Source: Acidobacteriota bacterium
GTDB lineage: Bacteria > Acidobacteriota > UBA6911
NCBI GenBank assembly: GCA_031271905.1
Contig: JAISUT010000032.1
Location: forward strand, 13,887 to 77,886
Direction: 5' to 3'
Length of the DNA stretch: 64,000 nucleotides
The position numbers were made by a program, and so were the translations under genes. This document shows, in pieces, positions 61,010-64,000 of the stretch (its first letter is position 1; each line of letters starts with the position of its first letter). The notes under the pieces were generated by a model that did not search any database, was not told the origin of the DNA, and saw nothing but the letters and a program-made list of their open reading frames with translations.

Positions 61010-62701
61010 ATGGACAGGGGCACGGACGGACGCAAGGGAGGCGACGGGGCGATGCGGGGGCAGGCTGCGGGGCGGGGCTCTTCCCGCCGGACGTTCCTGG
61101 CCAAGGTGGGCGCGGGGGCGCTGGGCGTCGCCTCGTCCGGCGCGCTGGCCGCCCAGCGACCGGCGCGGGCCGAGGAGGGCGCGGGGCAGGCTGCGGTCGC
61201 GGAGACGCTGGACTGCGACGTGCTCGTCATCGGCGGGGGTGCCTCCGGCTGTTGCGCAGCCATCCGCGCCGCCGAGGAGGGCGCCAAGGTCATCCTCGTC
61301 GAGAAGGGGCGCACGCTCGGCGGTTGCTTCAACCTGTCTTTCGCCGCGACGACCTACGGCTCGCGGTTCGGCGCGGGGCAGCCTCCAAGCTTCGGCATCC
61401 CCGACTTGGAAGCCTACATATCCGCGTGGCTGGCGAACTCCCATTGGCGTTGCGACGCCGCCGCCGTCCGCCAACTGGTCGTGAACTCCGGCAAGGCTTA
61501 CGACTGGCTGGCGGACAAGGGGCTCGGGCTCACGCCGTTCGGCGGGGGGAGCGGCATGTTGATGCTGCCCGATTACGCGGTGCGGCCGGTGTTCTGGAAG
61601 GAGAAGACGACCGCCGCCGTCGAGAAAAGCGGCGGGCGCCTGATGCTCTCTGCGGCGGCGCAGTCGCTGGTCAAGGAGGGCGCAGCCGTCGTCGGCGCCG
61701 TCGTCCGGGAACGGGACGGCGGCACGACGCGCGACATCCGCGTCAACGCCAAGGCCGTCAGCATCTCCACCGGCGGCTACGCGGGCAACCCCGAGATGGT
61801 GCGCGAGGCCGTCGGCTTCGACGTCGTCAACGGCTCGTTGCCGCAGAACGTGGGCGAGGGGTTGCGGATGGCGTGGGAGGCGGGTGCCTGGAAGCCCCGC
61901 AACTTCGGCGGGCAGATGCTCCACCAGACGATCGTCCGGGCGACGAACTCCCTCGCGCAACATTTCGAGCCGTTCCCGGCGAAATACCCGCTGCTGCTGG
62001 CATACCTGCCCATGACCCTCAACGTGGGCACCTCCGGCCTGCGCTTCCGCGACGAGGCGCTGATCCTCGACCCGGTGGCGGCGTCGAACTCCAGCGCCTA
62101 CCAAGGCCCGCACCACTACGTGATCGCCTCGAAGCGTCTCCTGGACGCGCTCGCCGCCGGTGGGCTCGCCGCCGTCGGGCAGACGTCGCAACCGGGGCTG
62201 CCGCCCGAGATGCAGCCGCCCGGCTACACCCCCGCGACCCCGTGGAAGGGGGTCTACGACGTGTTCGACAAGGGCGCGCAACTCAAAGTGGTCTTCAAGG
62301 GGGACACCCCCGCGAAGCTGGCGGGCGCCGCAGGCATGGACGAAGCGGCGTTCGTGCGGACTTTCGGCGACTACCGGCGGTTCACCCTCGAAAAGAAGGA
62401 CGCGCAGTTCGGCAAGGCTCCGGCGTTCCTGCTGGACTACGGCGAGGAGGGGCCGCTGTACGCCGTCAAAGCCGAGGTGAACAACCTCGGCTCCTTCGGC
62501 GGCATCCAGACCTCGTTGCGCTACGAGGCGCTGACGGCGGCGCACCGTCCCGTCCCCGGCCTGTACGCGACCGGTTCCGAGGCGGGCAGCAACCTCTACA
62601 ACGACACCTACGTCGGCAGCGGCATCGGGCTGGCGAACGCCGTGACCTCCGGCTACCTGTGCGGCAAGGCGATGGCGGATTACGCCTTGGGGAGAAAATA
62701 G
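61010..62701 (+). CDS. Tat-exported FAD-dependent oxidoreductase (fumarate reductase/succinate dehydrogenase flavoprotein-like, FAD_binding_2)
   Basis: Twin-arginine signal (SRRTFLAKVGAGALGVA); GxGxxG (VIGGGASG); start may be at 61052. Confidence 0.75.
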   Translation: MDRGTDGRKGGDGAMRGQAAGRGSSRRTFLAKVGAGALGVASSGALAAQRPARAEEGAGQAAVAETLDCDVLVIGGGASGCCAAIRAAEEGAKVILVEKGRTLGGCFNLSFAATTYGSRFGAGQPPSFGIPDLEAYISAWLANSHWRCDAAAVRQLVVNSGKAYDWLADKGLGLTPFGGGSGMLMLPDYAVRPVFWKEKTTAAVEKSGGRLMLSAAAQSLVKEGAAVVGAVVRERDGGTTRDIRVNAKAVSISTGGYAGNPEMVREAVGFDVVNGSLPQNVGEGLRMAWEAGAWKPRNFGGQMLHQTIVRATNSLAQHFEPFPAKYPLLLAYLPMTLNVGTSGLRFRDEALILDPVAASNSSAYQGPHHYVIASKRLLDALAAGGLAAVGQTSQPGLPPEMQPPGYTPATPWKGVYDVFDKGAQLKVVFKGDTPAKLAGAAGMDEAAFVRTFGDYRRFTLEKKDAQFGKAPAFLLDYGEEGPLYAVKAEVNNLGSFGGIQTSLRYEALTAAHRPVPGLYATGSEAGSNLYNDTYVGSGIGLANAVTSGYLCGKAMADYALGRK

Positions 62702-62743
62702 GGGCGCACGAAAACGCGGAGCCTGCGCGGATACGAAACGAAG

Positions 62744-62781
62744 CCCAGGGTTGGCGGACGCGAAGCGTCGCCAACCCTGGG
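62744..62781. terminator. Long GC hairpin (17/18-bp stem, GAA loop) downstream of the flavoprotein gene
   Basis: cccagggttggcggacgc-gaa-gcgtcgccaaccctggg. Confidence 0.5.
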
Positions 62782-63070
62782 GACGGGGGATGGGAAATGA
62801 TCCAACCCTGTAAGGGTTGCGCAAAGGACAACCGTTTGGCGCGGGGCGCAACCGCTTCGTCTCTGGCCCGTGCCTGGTTTTGATTTTGATAAAGATTTCT
62901 TAACCTTTCACCCACCGCCATTTCTTTACGATAGATTGCGTTTGTCTGAGAAGGGAGGAGGCTTGGAGGCTTGACGCGCCGGAGACGGTTCACGCATATC
63001 GCTCTTCGCGGTGCGCCATGACGTTCAAGGTTTTGCAATTGGCTCAATAGAAAAGGGGAAACGTTAAGGA

Positions 63071-63610
63071 ATGAAAAAAGTCCTATGTACGATCTCTGTC
63101 CTATCACTGCTCTTTATCGGTATGCAGTCATGCACACCGACCGACACCGATGATGAGCCATCCGCCACCGGTACCGAGCAAACCGGCACGGACCCGATCG
63201 GCACGAACAGCCAGTATCCCTATCCCGAGACGACCACACTCATTGCCCGTCAGGAAGGGGATGTGATTGAATATCCGGCTACTCTGGCAATCAGCGAGAA
63301 AGGGTACGGCATCTACGTCCTCGAAGACTTCGAGCTTATCGAAAGCAGTGGGTACGACAACATCAAGCCGAAGGCTACTTCCGAAATCATGGAGACGATA
63401 CAGATATTCATCTATCCCGCCCAGGCGGGTTCCGCCGAACCGACACCGGAAGCCGATGAGACCGACGGCGTGGGTATCGAAGCCGATCGGAAGAGAATAG
63501 AGCTTGACGGCAATGTATTCGATATCAAATGGGAGTATCCCGTCGAAGCCTCGGACAATATCGGTATTCTGACGACGATGGTCAACTCTATCGTCGGACC
63601 GAAGTCCTGA
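63071..63610 (+). CDS. Hypothetical lipoprotein encoded in an AT-rich segment
   Basis: Signal peptide with a Cys lipobox (LFIGMQSC); acidic; GGGAAA Shine-Dalgarno-like sequence upstream; about 50 percent GC. Confidence 0.5.
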   Translation: MKKVLCTISVLSLLFIGMQSCTPTDTDDEPSATGTEQTGTDPIGTNSQYPYPETTTLIARQEGDVIEYPATLAISEKGYGIYVLEDFELIESSGYDNIKPKATSEIMETIQIFIYPAQAGSAEPTPEADETDGVGIEADRKRIELDGNVFDIKWEYPVEASDNIGILTTMVNSIVGPKS

Positions 63611-63634
63611 GAATTCTATTTGCATCATCCACGA

Positions 63635-63667
63635 CAAAGCCCTGCCACCTGAGTTGGCAGGGCTTTG
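63635..63667 (+). terminator. Hairpin caaagccctgcca-cctgagt-tggcagggctttg downstream of the lipoprotein gene
   Basis: 13-bp perfect stem, 7-nt loop, lying 25 bp after the stop codon. Confidence 0.5.
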
Positions 63668-64000
63668 TCTGCCCGTGAAGCAGTTTCACTGTACGCATCT
63701 CCTGCGAGATGGTCGAAATGGCTACATGGATTTTTTCAGATAGAACATGCTCATCTTCCAATACCAACATAGTCATAGTCTTGGGAAAGCCTAATCGGGG
63801 AACGCGAATCGGCTCTGTACATGACAATGGATAGGGCGAATAAGCTGCATTTTCCGGCTCGCCCCGTCCCGTCCCGGTTTTCGATAACGGCCATTGTGTC
63901 AACTTTTCCCGCCGCAGGGACGCTTGCCTGCCTGCCTGTCGGCAGACAGGTCGGGCAGGCCCCCACACCGACGGGAACCTCGGTTCTATCCCAAGGCTCC

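Overview
This 64 kb window is high-GC bacterial chromosomal DNA, roughly two-thirds G+C by eye. Because of the GC content the six-frame track is full of long Arg/Gly/Ala/Pro-rich antisense ORFs. I judged these to be artefacts wherever the opposite strand encodes a recognisable conserved protein. Real content, 5' to 3': a URO-D-family gene tail, an RqcH/FbpA-like NFACT protein, a retropepsin-like secreted protease, an SGNH/GDSL hydrolase, a PNPOx-like protein, leuS, an ECF sigma with an RskA-like anti-sigma, a hypothetical with a histone-H1-like Lys/Ala/Pro tail, an LD-carboxypeptidase, SpmA/SpmB-like membrane proteins, the pantothenate cluster coaX-panC-panE-panB, a split chromate transporter pair, tRNA-Asn(GTT), modBC, a Gly/Pro-rich secreted protein, a Ddl-family ATP-grasp protein with an Amidase_2 cell-wall amidase, an EPS export locus (Wza-like, Wzz-like, and a WecA/MraY-family phosphoglycosyl transferase with an odd C-terminal extension), Maf, and an ECF sigma / ZAS anti-sigma / LTXXQ periplasmic protein / 1200-aa TonB-dependent-receptor operon. 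It continues with an Nfu_N membrane protein, an ATPase-less FtsX/MacB-type permease with three tandem HlyD-family membrane-fusion genes and a Gly-rich secreted protein, a REC-HD-GYP response regulator, thiD, a LOG-family protein, a dGTPase, an LRR protein, a GAF-sigma54 activator divergent from a TonB receptor, relA/spoT, a HydG-type radical-SAM maturase with a TM1266-like small regulator, a Tat-signal FAD flavoprotein, and an AT-rich terminal segment with a lipoprotein gene. The most striking non-genic signal is a MITE/REP-like palindromic repeat family. It has ten copies, in long (~118 bp) and short (~63 bp) forms, always intergenic and usually abutting stop codons. Other points worth a second look are an orphan hydG with its regulator, the three-adaptor/ATPase-less exporter cluster with Gly-repeat proteins, a near-perfect 21-bp inverted repeat in a 513-bp AT-rich intergenic region, and compositionally atypical (lower-GC) segments suggesting horizontal acquisition. 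No CRISPR array, rRNA, integrase or transposase was recognised. All similarity statements come from reading motifs by eye; no database searches were run.
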